A stretch of DNA of 64,000 bases from the NCBI GenBank assembly GCA_016177775.1, contig JACOUQ010000017.1, positions 1 through 64,000 of the forward strand, read 5' to 3'. The notes beneath the pieces are model-generated. The model saw only the letters and a list, made by a program, of their open reading frames with translations, did not search any database and had not been told where the DNA came from. The stretch comes from Geobacter sp. Its GTDB lineage: Bacteria > Desulfobacterota > Desulfuromonadia > Geobacterales > Geobacteraceae. Below, one piece after another: positions 1 to 8,778 of this stretch. The translations under genes were made by a program, and so were the position numbers. Position 1 is the stretch's first letter. Every line of letters begins with the position of its first letter.

Positions 1-111
1 ACAATTCTACAGGTCCTGAGTGTGACTATTTTTGAACGAATGCCATTATTACAAGCACTCACAGACTGTGACTACAAAAACGACTCAGACCAAATTGCTA
101 ACCAACTGATT
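1..111 (+). CDS. 3' end of a partial ORF running off the window edge (ends ...ANQLILFS*), unknown product
   Basis: Frame +1 is open from position 1 to a TAA at 109-111. AT-rich foreign-like composition. Below the 60-aa cutoff of the ORF track. Confidence 0.2.
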
Positions 112-168
112 TTATTCAGTTAAACGTTGGGACAGTAGTGATTTGCAATAGTTGTAACGTACAAGGAA

Positions 169-504
169 ATGTACCTAAGCGATGGGCAAGACCTGTGGGA
201 TGAGTTTGTAGGTGAGTCACTTCAGGAGTACATTTCTGCAAAGAACCTTGATACCAATTGTGTGCCGCTAGGTAACATCTTTTTCGCCTCAGTGAATAGT
301 TTCGAGGAATTAGTAAAGGTAGTCATAGCTAACGGCAATATAATATCGAAAGTTCTTAAAAAAGCAGCTGACGAAAACGCCGATCCTATGCAGAAGAAGT
401 ACTTGTTAAATATGCATTTAAGCGCATACCAACAAGCTCCAATTCCTATTTTGGAAGAAGTATTTGATAATGTGGTTGCTGAATTGGAAGCAAAACTCTG
501 CTGA
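169..504 (+). CDS. hypothetical protein (AT-rich island gene)
   Basis: 111-aa ORF in a low-GC block with no recognisable motif. The antisense ORF is compositional. Confidence 0.35.
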   Translation: MYLSDGQDLWDEFVGESLQEYISAKNLDTNCVPLGNIFFASVNSFEELVKVVIANGNIISKVLKKAADENADPMQKKYLLNMHLSAYQQAPIPILEEVFDNVVAELEAKLC

Positions 505-656
505 AAAGTGCGTGAACAAATAGGTGTCAGGCTCCGCCTATGACATTGCCACAGGTGTAAACCTGACACCGCATTGGCATTCTAGAAGTTGAGACTTGGC
601 CCTTTTGATAGTTATGCTGTCTGCATTAAGAATAATAAAACTGGAAGGAATATATT

Positions 657-1391
657 ATGCTGCGGAAAATCACTCTTGCACTTGTTGTAATTTCTGTCTT
701 TAGCGCTGTATGCATGCTCGCTGACTGTTTTGCCTTTGACGCCATGCTTATTGAGAAAACACAGGCGCTGGGGGAGTGTGAAAACTGTGATTTCTCGGGC
801 GCGAAACTTATAGGCATCAACTTCATGGATGCAAAACTTGATAATTCCGACTTTACAGGGGCTGATTTGAAGGGAGGGAGCCTGAAAACTTGTGATGAAT
901 GCAACTTTACTAACGCAAACTTGACAGATGTCATTATGGAACAGGCTTATTTACACCATTCTGTATTTACTAACACAAACTTGGCAAACGCAAACTTAAA
1001 GAAAGCAAACATGGCAAAAGGTGATTTCACAGGCGCAAATATAGCAAAGGCAAACTTTATCGGAGCGAAACTTAAACAGGCGCAATTCAATACTGCAAAT
1101 GCCAAAGATACAAACTTCTCTTTCTCAGACTTAACGGATGTAGACTTCATGTCCGCAGACCTTGAAGGAGCTAAGTTCCGTGGCGCCTCAATGAAAGGAA
1201 CCGTACTTAAGAAAGCTAATCTCAAAAATGCAGATTTTACTGGCACAGATTTGAGCGAGACGCGTCACCATACAGATTCAAGGTTTAATTATAACACTAA
1301 TAGACTTGAAGAAATTGATGACCCTATCAAATGCGACGATCTTTTAAAGGCGGGAGCAATAATTGATTCATCAACCAAATGCAACAATTAA
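657..1391 (+). CDS. pentapeptide-repeat protein with N-terminal signal peptide
   Basis: Hydrophobic N-terminus MLRKITLALVVISVFSAVCML. Long run of A(N/D)LxxA(N/D)Fxx pentapeptide repeats (ANLTDV, ANLKKANMAKGDFTGANIAKANFIGAKL...). Low GC. Confidence 0.7.
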   Translation: MLRKITLALVVISVFSAVCMLADCFAFDAMLIEKTQALGECENCDFSGAKLIGINFMDAKLDNSDFTGADLKGGSLKTCDECNFTNANLTDVIMEQAYLHHSVFTNTNLANANLKKANMAKGDFTGANIAKANFIGAKLKQAQFNTANAKDTNFSFSDLTDVDFMSADLEGAKFRGASMKGTVLKKANLKNADFTGTDLSETRHHTDSRFNYNTNRLEEIDDPIKCDDLLKAGAIIDSSTKCNN

Positions 1392-1479
1392 GAAAACAAG
1401 TAAAGGGGTTTTCAAATTTCAAAAGATGAAACACAAAACGCTCTAAAAATAGTGCCTGGGCCTAACAGCAGAAAAGGGC

Positions 1480-1752
1480 CTACCGAGCTGCTGCGTGTAG
1501 CTTGAGCCCCAGTGCCGCAACAATTTTGAGAATTGTATCGAAACCTGGGATTCGTTCACCGGAAAGTGCCTTATACAGGCTTTCACGGGAAAGGCCCGCA
1601 TCGCGCGCAACCTGAGACATTCCTTTGGCGCGCGCTATGTCACCAAGAGCCTTGGCGATTTCCACCCACCCGCACCACGAAAGGAGTTTGTATGCTGCTC
1701 GATTTTGTAATGAAGAACTGGGGTTACCTATGCCTGCTGATTCCCGCTGCAA
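1480..1752 (-). pseudogene. N-terminally truncated remnant of an 'addiction module antidote' HTH antitoxin; no partner toxin
   Basis: The C-terminal ~60 aa (IAKALGDIARAKGMSQVARDAGLSRESLYKALSGE...LGLKLHA) match the antidote family also seen at 8016-8327. The N-terminal ~30 aa are unrelated. The killer gene expected upstream is absent and replaced by the flotillin start. Confidence 0.5.
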
Positions 1753-4199
1753 TCCTTATCTACGAGTCCGTGGTCAATGTCGGTGGTAACGAGATCGCCC
1801 TCATCGAGCGCAAGTGGTTCGGCAGCAAGATGCCCCAGGGGCGCGTTGTCGCACTTGGCAACGAGGTCGGCATTCAGGCGAGGACACTCGGCCCGGGGCT
1901 TCATTTCCTGATCCCCTTTATTTACAAGGCAAGGAAAAGCGTCTTCACCGAAATCCTTGAGAACGAGATCGGCCTGATAGAGTCTGTGGACGGCTCATCC
2001 ATCCCGGCCGGCAATATCTTTGCGGCGGTCGTTCCCGGCCATAACTCCTTTCAGGACGGCGAGGCGTTCATCAAGAACGGCGGGCAGAAGGGGCCGCAGA
2101 TCGAGGTGCTCCCTCCGGGGAAATACCGCATCAACCCCTACCTGTTCAAATTGACCAAGGGAAGCATCACCGAGATCAAGGACTTCGAGATCGGGATCGT
2201 CGAATCGGTTGACGGCGCCCCCATTCCCGAGGGAAAGATCTTCGCCCAGGCGGTGGAGGGGCACTCATCCTTCCAGAACGGGGACGCGTTCATCCAGAAT
2301 GGCGGCCAGAAAGGGCCGCAGATCGAGATCATCCCGCCGGGAAATTACCGGATCAACCCCTACCTGTTCAAGGTCACCAAGGGCACGGCCACCAAGATCA
2401 GCGAGGGGGAAATCGGGCTGGCCGAATCCGCCGACGGCTCGGCAATCCCCGCCGGGCGGATATTCGCCAACGTGGTTCCCGGCCACAACTCGTTCCAGTC
2501 GGGCGAGGCGTTCATCCGGAGCGGCGGGCAGAAAGGGCCGCAGACCGAGATCCTGCCGCCGGGGGTCTACCGCATCCATCCCAATCTGTTCAAGATAACC
2601 AAGGCCGCTGCCGTGGTCATCGCCAAGGGTGAAGTCGGCATGGTCACCGCCCAGGACGGCGCCCCCATCCCGATGGGAAGGCTTCTGGCCCACAGCGTGC
2701 CGGGGCACTCCAACTTCGAGAACGGCGAAGCATTCCTCAGGAGCGGCGGCCAGAAGGGTCCCCAGATCGATGTCCTGCTGCCGGGCACCTACCGCATCAA
2801 CCTCAACCTGTTCCAGATCCAGGTTGCCCCCGCTGTGGTCATAGAGGCCAACAACATCGGCCTGGTGACCGCCCTGGACGGCATCCCCCTGCCGGAGCAC
2901 GAATACGTGGCCTGTCCGGTGACCGGGCATAACGACTATCAGGACGGGTCCGCCTTCCTTTCGAAAAGCGGGCAGCGCGGACCGCAACTCGATGTCCTGC
3001 GGCCGGGAACCTATTACATCAACCCGTTCATGTTCCATGTGGAAACGGACAACGTGGCGGTTATCGAGCGGGGCCAGGTCGGCGTGGTGGTCTCGAACGT
3101 AGGGGAAGACCCGACGGAGGAGATGAAGAAGCGACTGGGGTCGACCCAGGTGGGGGCCACCGAGGAGGAAGGGAAAGAGAAATACGTCGTGCCTAAGGGA
3201 TACCGCGGCATCCAGGAGGAGGTCGCCGGGCCGGGGCGCTATTACCTCAACCGCCGGGCCTTCATGGTCTATGTCATCGACACGACCAACATCACCATCG
3301 ACTGGGACGAGCAGGAAGACACCAGGTTTGACCAGCTCACGGTCATCTCCAAGGACGGCTTCCCGATCCAGGTGTCGGTCAAGGTCGTCATCCGCGTCCG
3401 TCCGGACCAGGCCCCCTATATGGTTGCCAAGGTCGGCTCCATCGACAACCTGATCCAGCATGTAATCCATCCGATGATCGATTCGTCGTTCCGGAACCAG
3501 GCCTCCACGGCCTCGGCCATGAACTTCCTGCAGAGCCGCTCGGAAGAGCAGGCAAAGGCCGAAACCCGCGCCCGGGCCGATCTCGAGCGCTACCACGTGG
3601 AATGCGTGTCGGTGCTGATCTGCCAGATCCGGCTGCCGGAGGAGCTGATGCAGACCCAGACCAAGCGGATCATCGCCGAGCAGCAGCAGGAGATGTACAA
3701 GATGGAGCAGAGGTCGCAGGCGGAGCGGACCGAGATGGAAAAGATGCGAGCGACCGCGGATCAGCAGCCAACGCTGGTTGCTTCGGAAATCGCCGTAAAG
3801 GTGGCGACGCAGAAGAAGTCGGAGATGATTACCCTTGCCGAGGGTACGGCGGAAGCCAAGGCCCTGGAGGGGATCGGTGAAGGGAAGAGGCTGAAAGCCA
3901 TCGGCGACGGCGAAGCATCCAAGATCGCCGCCATCGGCGAGGCGACCGCCCAGGCCTACAGCAAGCAGCAGGAAGCCATCGGCGAAGACGCCATCAAGCA
4001 GATCAAGATCGTGGAGCTGATTTCCGCGGCCATCGAAAACGGCAAGATCAAGATCGTCCCGGACGTTCTGGTCAGCGGCGGAGGCAATGCCGCCGACGGC
4101 TTGATGGGGATGCTGACGAAACTCATGCCCGGCACTGACCTTAACGCCATTCTGGCCAAGGCTGTTCCGGCCGCGCCGGAGAAGCGGCTGGACGGTTGA
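1692..4199 (+). CDS. SPFH/band-7 flotillin-like membrane protein (YqiK-like) with six tandem N-terminal repeat modules
   Basis: AAGGAG-N6-ATG at 1692. The upstream part of the listed ORF (from 1533) is the reverse complement of the antidote remnant, so it is not coding. N-terminal TM helix, then six ~75-aa repeats (EIGLxESxDGxxIPxGxIFAxVVPGHxxFQxGEAFIxxGGQKGPQxExLPPGxYRINPxLFK). Then a canonical SPFH core and a flotillin-type coiled-coil tail (EQAKAETRARADLERY..., AEQQQEMYKMEQRSQAER). Confidence 0.7.
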   Translation: MLLDFVMKNWGYLCLLIPAAILIYESVVNVGGNEIALIERKWFGSKMPQGRVVALGNEVGIQARTLGPGLHFLIPFIYKARKSVFTEILENEIGLIESVDGSSIPAGNIFAAVVPGHNSFQDGEAFIKNGGQKGPQIEVLPPGKYRINPYLFKLTKGSITEIKDFEIGIVESVDGAPIPEGKIFAQAVEGHSSFQNGDAFIQNGGQKGPQIEIIPPGNYRINPYLFKVTKGTATKISEGEIGLAESADGSAIPAGRIFANVVPGHNSFQSGEAFIRSGGQKGPQTEILPPGVYRIHPNLFKITKAAAVVIAKGEVGMVTAQDGAPIPMGRLLAHSVPGHSNFENGEAFLRSGGQKGPQIDVLLPGTYRINLNLFQIQVAPAVVIEANNIGLVTALDGIPLPEHEYVACPVTGHNDYQDGSAFLSKSGQRGPQLDVLRPGTYYINPFMFHVETDNVAVIERGQVGVVVSNVGEDPTEEMKKRLGSTQVGATEEEGKEKYVVPKGYRGIQEEVAGPGRYYLNRRAFMVYVIDTTNITIDWDEQEDTRFDQLTVISKDGFPIQVSVKVVIRVRPDQAPYMVAKVGSIDNLIQHVIHPMIDSSFRNQASTASAMNFLQSRSEEQAKAETRARADLERYHVECVSVLICQIRLPEELMQTQTKRIIAEQQQEMYKMEQRSQAERTEMEKMRATADQQPTLVASEIAVKVATQKKSEMITLAEGTAEAKALEGIGEGKRLKAIGDGEASKIAAIGEATAQAYSKQQEAIGEDAIKQIKIVELISAAIENGKIKIVPDVLVSGGGNAADGLMGMLTKLMPGTDLNAILAKAVPAAPEKRLDG
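1962..3100 (+). repeat. intragenic tandem repeats (~219-228 nt period, 5-6 copies) inside the flotillin-like gene
   Basis: Repeat units begin near 1962, 2190, 2409, 2628 and 2850 (gagatcggcctg..., gagatcgggatc..., gaaatcgggctg..., gaagtcggcatg..., atcggcctggtg...). Divergence is at both protein and DNA level, so it is an ancient duplication. Confidence 0.6.
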
Positions 4200-4286
4200 C
4201 AAATGAGAAAGGGTTAAATATGATATCTCCGGAAACGAATACAGCAACGGCAATAGATTGCCGTATATCCCGAAAGGAGAAGTGAA

Positions 4287-5048
4287 ATGAGAAAATTGTT
4301 GTCAATGGCAGTATTGATGTCGGCATTACTCGTGCAATTAGTTACAGCTCAACTGGCATCAGCAGATACGGTAAGCACGGCAGCACTTACAAAGTCGATC
4401 AACAGCTACGCGCTGAATTTCGACGGATATGCCAGCTATGCCGAGATACCATTCAGTCCATCCATAAATCCAGTGAATGAACTTACTGTTGAAGGTTGGT
4501 TCAATATAAAGAATATCAACAAATGGAGAAACCCGCTCTTTGGCAGTGCATATGGTCAACTGTATCTTGGTCCGCTTTATGAGAGTGATTGGGGAGGATC
4601 TCAACTATCATTCGGCCTTTCAGCAGGGGGAACCCGCGTGGTAATCAACAGCCCGTTAAATCCCATCAGCGCCAACACCTGGTATCACATTGCAGCAACG
4701 TATAACGGTTCAGAGATTCGGTTGTACCTTAATGGAGTCTTGCAGGCATCTGCACCACTTTCCGGTCCTATAGACTATATTGGTTATCCTATCATGATTG
4801 GGAATTATCCACACCCCTATCCTCATAATTTCGAAGGCACGATTGACGAAATACGTATCTGGGACAGAGCACTACCCAAAGGAGAGATACAGGCTCATCT
4901 TGCTCGGCAGCTTCTGCCGCTGGGTGGTTTAACGGGTTATTGGAGGTTTAACGAAGGCGATGGGACTGTCGCCAAGGACCTCTCCGGAAACAACAACGAC
5001 TGTACATTGATAAATAAACCTGCATGGACAGTAGATACTCCATTTTAG
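4287..5048 (+). CDS. secreted LamG-like (concanavalin A-like lectin/glucanase) domain protein
   Basis: RBS AAAGGAG before the ATG. Signal peptide MRKLLSMAVLMSALLVQLVTAQLASA. Laminin_G_3-like motifs (YALNFDG..., WYHIAATYNGSEIRLYLNG..., FEGTIDEIRIWDRAL). Lower GC than its neighbours. Confidence 0.55.
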   Translation: MRKLLSMAVLMSALLVQLVTAQLASADTVSTAALTKSINSYALNFDGYASYAEIPFSPSINPVNELTVEGWFNIKNINKWRNPLFGSAYGQLYLGPLYESDWGGSQLSFGLSAGGTRVVINSPLNPISANTWYHIAATYNGSEIRLYLNGVLQASAPLSGPIDYIGYPIMIGNYPHPYPHNFEGTIDEIRIWDRALPKGEIQAHLARQLLPLGGLTGYWRFNEGDGTVAKDLSGNNNDCTLINKPAWTVDTPF

Positions 5049-5089
5049 CCCTTCTTTAAATCAGGAAATGATTTATGAGGTGACGGTCT

Positions 5090-6585
5090 ATCATCGGATT
5101 TTAGCAGATGACAGCCACTCCCGGAGAATGTAGAATGCACGTCGACGGGGGTGTGGCTTGTGGGGTCAGTGGTCTGTAAATTTCAGATTCACTTGGCTTT
5201 GAAATGCCGCCCCCGTCATCTGCGTCATCCGGCGGGTCAACCGGGATGGTGCCGAACACGTGGCTCTGTAAATAGACGAGACCCAAGGATGACAATCCAT
5301 CTTGTCTATAATAAGGAGCCCCTGTGTCAGTAAATTCCCCCCTTGAGCTTCGCGTCGGTGTTGATGTTGGCTGTCACAGCCACAATGTTGCCATTGGCTT
5401 ATCCACTGGCCAGATACTCGACGAGTTCGACATTCCCCACAATCCTGAGGGTTTCCGCCTTTTCTTTGCACGGATCGTAAAACAAGAGAACAGGCACAAA
5501 TGTCCAGTTGCGGTAGCGATGGAAGGGTTCAATGGTTATGCCCGCCCCTTAGATACTCTGGTTAGAGGGCGGAACTACCGGCTTTTCAATGTGAACAACC
5601 TGAAGCTGGCTCGTTTCAAGGAGATATTTCCCGCTCCAGCTAAAACTGACCACATTGACGCCCGTAAGTGCCTGGAGCTGTTTCAGCTTCGAGACCACTT
5701 GCCTCTCGCTAAAGCTGCCCTCCTCGAAGTGGCGGCAACGCCCTTGGAAAATGACATTCTCAAACGTCTTACGAGGCGCCGTCGGCGTTTGGTTAATGAA
5801 AAAGCCAGGGTTCTCAACAACATGCAAGGAGATCTCCAAGCCGTCTGTCCAGGACTGTTGGAGATTACCGCAGATGCAGGCAATCTCTGGTTTCTCCGTT
5901 TCCTGACCAGCTCGGACAGCCTAACAAAATTAGCGAGGTTGCAGCGTTCCACGCTGCTGAAAATTACCGGCATTGGCGTTAAGTATGCGGCAAGCATTCA
6001 AAGTTGGCAGAAACGCTCTCATTTCAGCCATGAAGCCGAGTTAGTCGGCGAGATGATCCAGGAAGACGCCTACCGTATTCTTGATCTTCACGACAAAATA
6101 CAGGCACTGGAGACCAAACTTGAAGACATCGCCAGTCGCTCAGTTATCGCTCAAAAGATGGAAACCATTCCCGGCTTTGGCGCTATTTCTAAAGCGGAAT
6201 TGGCCGGTGAAATCGGTACAATAGAACGCTTTCAAGATGAAGGCAGCTTGGCACTCTATCTTGGTATGGCCACTCTTGATAACAGTTCCGGAAAGCAAAA
6301 GGGAACCAAGACACCCAAGCATGTCAACACTCGTGCAAAAGCGGCGATGATGATAGCAGTGGATCGGCATCGTAAGTTTGTCCCGGAATCACAACGTTAC
6401 TACGAAAAAAAGCGGGCAGAGGGCAAAAAACACAACCAGGCAGTACGAGCATTGGGGCGCCATCTTTGCCGTGTTATATTCAAAATGCTCAAGCAAGAAA
6501 AAGACTATGCAGTTAGAAAATAGCTTCATTTTCTCTTGAAAATTCCAGCGGGATGTTCAGGCCTTGAAGATTTGAATATTAGTGA
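5090..6585 (+). mobile_element. IS110-family insertion sequence (boundaries approximate)
   Basis: DEDD-type IS110 transposase gene with a ~230-bp 5' non-coding leader and a short 3' tail, typical of IS110 organisation. Composition shifts at both ends. IS110 elements lack terminal IRs, so the ends are inferred. Confidence 0.6.
5324..6523 (+). CDS. IS110-family transposase (DEDD_Tnp_IS110 N-domain plus Transposase_20 C-domain)
   Basis: N-terminal LRVGVDVGCHSHNVAI (RuvC-like DEDD). C-terminal IPGFGAISKAELAGEIG...GKQKGTKTPKHVNTRAKAAMMIAV motif typical of IS110/IS1111 transposases. Confidence 0.85.
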   Translation: MSVNSPLELRVGVDVGCHSHNVAIGLSTGQILDEFDIPHNPEGFRLFFARIVKQENRHKCPVAVAMEGFNGYARPLDTLVRGRNYRLFNVNNLKLARFKEIFPAPAKTDHIDARKCLELFQLRDHLPLAKAALLEVAATPLENDILKRLTRRRRRLVNEKARVLNNMQGDLQAVCPGLLEITADAGNLWFLRFLTSSDSLTKLARLQRSTLLKITGIGVKYAASIQSWQKRSHFSHEAELVGEMIQEDAYRILDLHDKIQALETKLEDIASRSVIAQKMETIPGFGAISKAELAGEIGTIERFQDEGSLALYLGMATLDNSSGKQKGTKTPKHVNTRAKAAMMIAVDRHRKFVPESQRYYEKKRAEGKKHNQAVRALGRHLCRVIFKMLKQEKDYAVRK

Positions 6586-6597
6586 GACATTTTAGCC

Positions 6598-7557
6598 ATG
6601 GCACGTAAACCTCGCATCCATACTCCGGGGGCAATTTACCACGTAATGTTGCGTGGGAACGCCCATCAGGATATTTTCTCCGATGACAAGGACCGTTATC
6701 GCTTCTACGAGGTTCTCCAGAAATCGAGCGAGCGGTTCCGGCACAGGATACTTGCCTTCTGTCTCATGACGAACCATGTCCACCTCGCAGTTCAAGTGGG
6801 CGAGATACCGCTGTCAAGGATCATGTAGAACGTGTCCATGCGGTACACGCAATGGTACAACTGGCGCCACAAGAAATCGGGCCACGTTTTCCAGGGGAGA
6901 TACAAGGCTGTAATGGTGGATGCAGACGAGTACTTACTTGAACTGGCGGCCTATATTCACCTCAATCCGGTGCGCGCGCACATGACTGACCGACCGGAGA
7001 AACACAAGTGGAGCAGTCACCAGTCGTATCTCGGCAAAGAGAGCCTTTCCTGGCTCGAGACCGGTTCGATCCTTTCGCAGTTTTCCCAAGATGTGAAGAA
7101 GGCTCGCGCACTGTTTGCCGTATTCGTCGGAGGGCATATAACCGATGGGCGCCGGGGGGAGTTTCACGGAGAAAAGACTCTCGACAGCCGTATTGTCGGA
7201 GATGATAGTTTCGTCGATGAAGTTCTTGCCAAGGCCGAAACATTGTCGGAGCAAAAACCTGATGTAAACATTGTCATTGTGGCGGTAAAGAAGCTTTATG
7301 ACATTACCGGTGATCGTCTTAGTGCGCGGGGCCAGGAGCGGGTGGCTTCCGAAGCGCGGGGGCTCGCGGCGTGGGCAACGCTGGAACTCAGCAGCGGGAA
7401 ACTTACGGAATTGGCAAAGCATGTGGGACGAGACCCATCAACGCTTACATGTGCAGTGAGACGGCTTGAAGCGCATCGGGGAAAAGATGCAGCCCTTGAC
7501 GAGAAAATGGCACAGCTACGGCGGGATTTGCTAGGTATTCAAGTCTTCAAGGCCTGA
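6598..7557 (+). pseudogene. IS200/IS605-like Y1 (HUH) transposase-like gene (COG1943 long form with DnaA-C-like HTH tail) interrupted by an in-frame TAG
   Basis: ORFs 6598-6828 and 6832-7557 are in the same frame, separated only by TAG at 6826-6828. HUH motif NHVHLAV. Conserved IYHVMLRGN, GRYK and catalytic Tyr region. C-terminal region resembles the DnaA C-terminal HTH. Confidence 0.6.
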
Positions 7558-7561
7558 CCCC

Positions 7562-7598
7562 ATAGACTGATGCATAGACTGACCCATAGACTGACCTG
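7562..7598. repeat. three tandem copies of CATAGACTGA (12-13 nt period) just 3' of the Y1-transposase pseudogene
   Basis: ccATAGACTGAtgCATAGACTGAcccATAGACTGAcctgg. Partial inverted copies (ctatgg) lie about 70 nt downstream (7650-7672). Possibly the right end/REP-like structure of the IS200-like element. Confidence 0.45.
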
Positions 7599-7682
7599 GA
7601 TTAAATAAACTGCAAAATGGCGGGAAGTCAAACGTGCCGGGAATCCAATCTCCCCCCTATGGTTGTGCTTCTATGGTCTCCC

Positions 7683-7880
7683 TTATTTTGTTCCCTCTGG
7701 CCTAAAAAGAATGACTATCAGGTATATCAACATAATAATCAAAGCGCTACAACTGAAAATCATTGTCAAATAGTCAAATAAGTCCTGCTTTTTGTCCAAA
7801 AAAACATCGAGTGTTCGGATTATACTAAACCCTGATAGAAGAATACCTAACGAAGCAACGATTAAACTTTTTCTTTTCAC
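7683..7880 (-). CDS. small membrane protein (65 aa, 2 predicted TM helices), hypothetical
   Basis: GGAGG RBS 8 nt before a GTG start. K/R-rich N-terminus then two hydrophobic helices. AT-rich. Its promoter region carries direct-repeat copy 1. Confidence 0.3.
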   Translation of the reverse strand: MKRKSLIVASLGILLSGFSIIRTLDVFLDKKQDLFDYLTMIFSCSALIIMLIYLIVILFRPEGTK

Positions 7881-7935
7881 AGAAATACCTCCGATTTTTG
7901 CGAAATCAGCTCCCCTTTGGGGAGAGGCATGGTTT

Positions 7936-7964
7936 GACTTTCGGACATTCGGCTGACCTCAGCG
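7936..7964. repeat. 29-nt direct repeat, copy 1 (GACTTTCGGACATTCGGCTGACCTCAGCG)
   Basis: Identical 29-mer recurs at 12610-12638 in the same orientation. Both copies lie about 30-60 nt upstream (minus strand) of a small hydrophobic ORF. Confidence 0.6.
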
Positions 7965-8015
7965 TCCCTCCAGCCACCCCACCACCAAGGCGGATAGTTG
8001 ATTCGGTGACTAACA

Positions 8016-8327
8016 TTATGAAGCTATTAACGGCTTATCTGGCTGGATGGTCATTTTTAGTCCCATACCGTGAAGGATGGAAAGCAGGTTTGACAGGGCC
8101 GGATTGCCACGGGTAGAAAGCATGCGGTACAAACTTTCTCTCTTTAAATGTGCCTTTTCAGCAACGGCAGCCATTCCTCCTTCTGCCTCTGCGATGTTGC
8201 GGAGCGCTAAGAGTAATGCGTCTTTGTCTCCCTCTTCGATGACAGCATTGAGATAACCGGCAGCGTTTTCCGGATCTTTAAGCCATTGTATATGTTCCGT
8301 ATGGTAGTCTCCTGTTTTTCTGGGCAT
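8016..8327 (-). CDS. type II TA antitoxin, 'addiction module antidote protein' family (HigA-like HTH)
   Basis: 103 aa. TGDYHTEHIQWLKDPENAAGYLNAVIEEGD ... KRESLYRMLSTRGNPALSNLLSILHGMGLKM matches the antidote family consensus. Immediately downstream of the toxin gene. Confidence 0.8.
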   Translation of the reverse strand: MPRKTGDYHTEHIQWLKDPENAAGYLNAVIEEGDKDALLLALRNIAEAEGGMAAVAEKAHLKRESLYRMLSTRGNPALSNLLSILHGMGLKMTIQPDKPLIAS

Positions 8328-8329
8328 TG

Positions 8330-8659
8330 CTAAGCCTCCTTTTGATGTTTCCAGTAACCTTTTGCCGTATTGATATCACTTTGCTGACTTGATTTGTCAC
8401 CGCCGATGAGTAGCAGCACAACAGTCTTGCCGCTCATGGCGAAGTAAACGCGGTAACCAGGGCCGTGATCAATCTTCAACTCACTTACCCCGTCGCCAAC
8501 AGGTTTAACCGTCCCGAAATTGCCAAGTTCCACTCGGTCAAGCCTTGCACGTATCCGGTACACCGCCATCTTGTCACGGAGCGAGTACAGCCATCCAAGA
8601 AAAGGAGCGTTACCGTTTTCATCGAGGTAATACTTGAGCTGGTATGGCGTTTCAGTCAT
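8330..8659 (-). CDS. type II TA toxin, 'addiction module killer protein' family (RelE/ParE/HigB-like)
   Basis: 109 aa. YQLKYYLDENGNAPFLGWLYSL...GPGYRVYFAMSGKTVVLLLIGGDKSSQQSDINTAKGYW is typical of the killer family. 2-nt gap to the antitoxin. Confidence 0.8.
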   Translation of the reverse strand: MTETPYQLKYYLDENGNAPFLGWLYSLRDKMAVYRIRARLDRVELGNFGTVKPVGDGVSELKIDHGPGYRVYFAMSGKTVVLLLIGGDKSSQQSDINTAKGYWKHQKEA

Positions 8660-8778
8660 GGCTCATTGTAGATTATATGTTACATTCCGTCAAGAAGACA
8701 AAAGAAAACCTATGGGGTCTCAATTCTTGACACATCGAACTCCTTTGATAAATTTTCATTAGAAAGGGGGTGTTTTCA

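Noticed and set aside
1533-1691. Listed start of the flotillin ORF at 1533 with a 53-aa N-terminal extension.
   Set aside because: That stretch is the reverse complement of the antitoxin-remnant coding region. AAGGAG-N6-ATG at 1692 gives an N-terminus that begins with the expected TM helix.
2265-4253. 662-aa antisense ORF opposite the flotillin gene. Similar long antisense ORFs lie opposite ftsZ (21350-22687 +), murC (26880-28370 +), murD (30751-31956 +), mraY (32097-33128 -) and others.
   Set aside because: High-GC shadow ORFs. Products are low-complexity (Arg/Pro/Gly/His-rich) and the opposite strands carry unmistakable conserved proteins.
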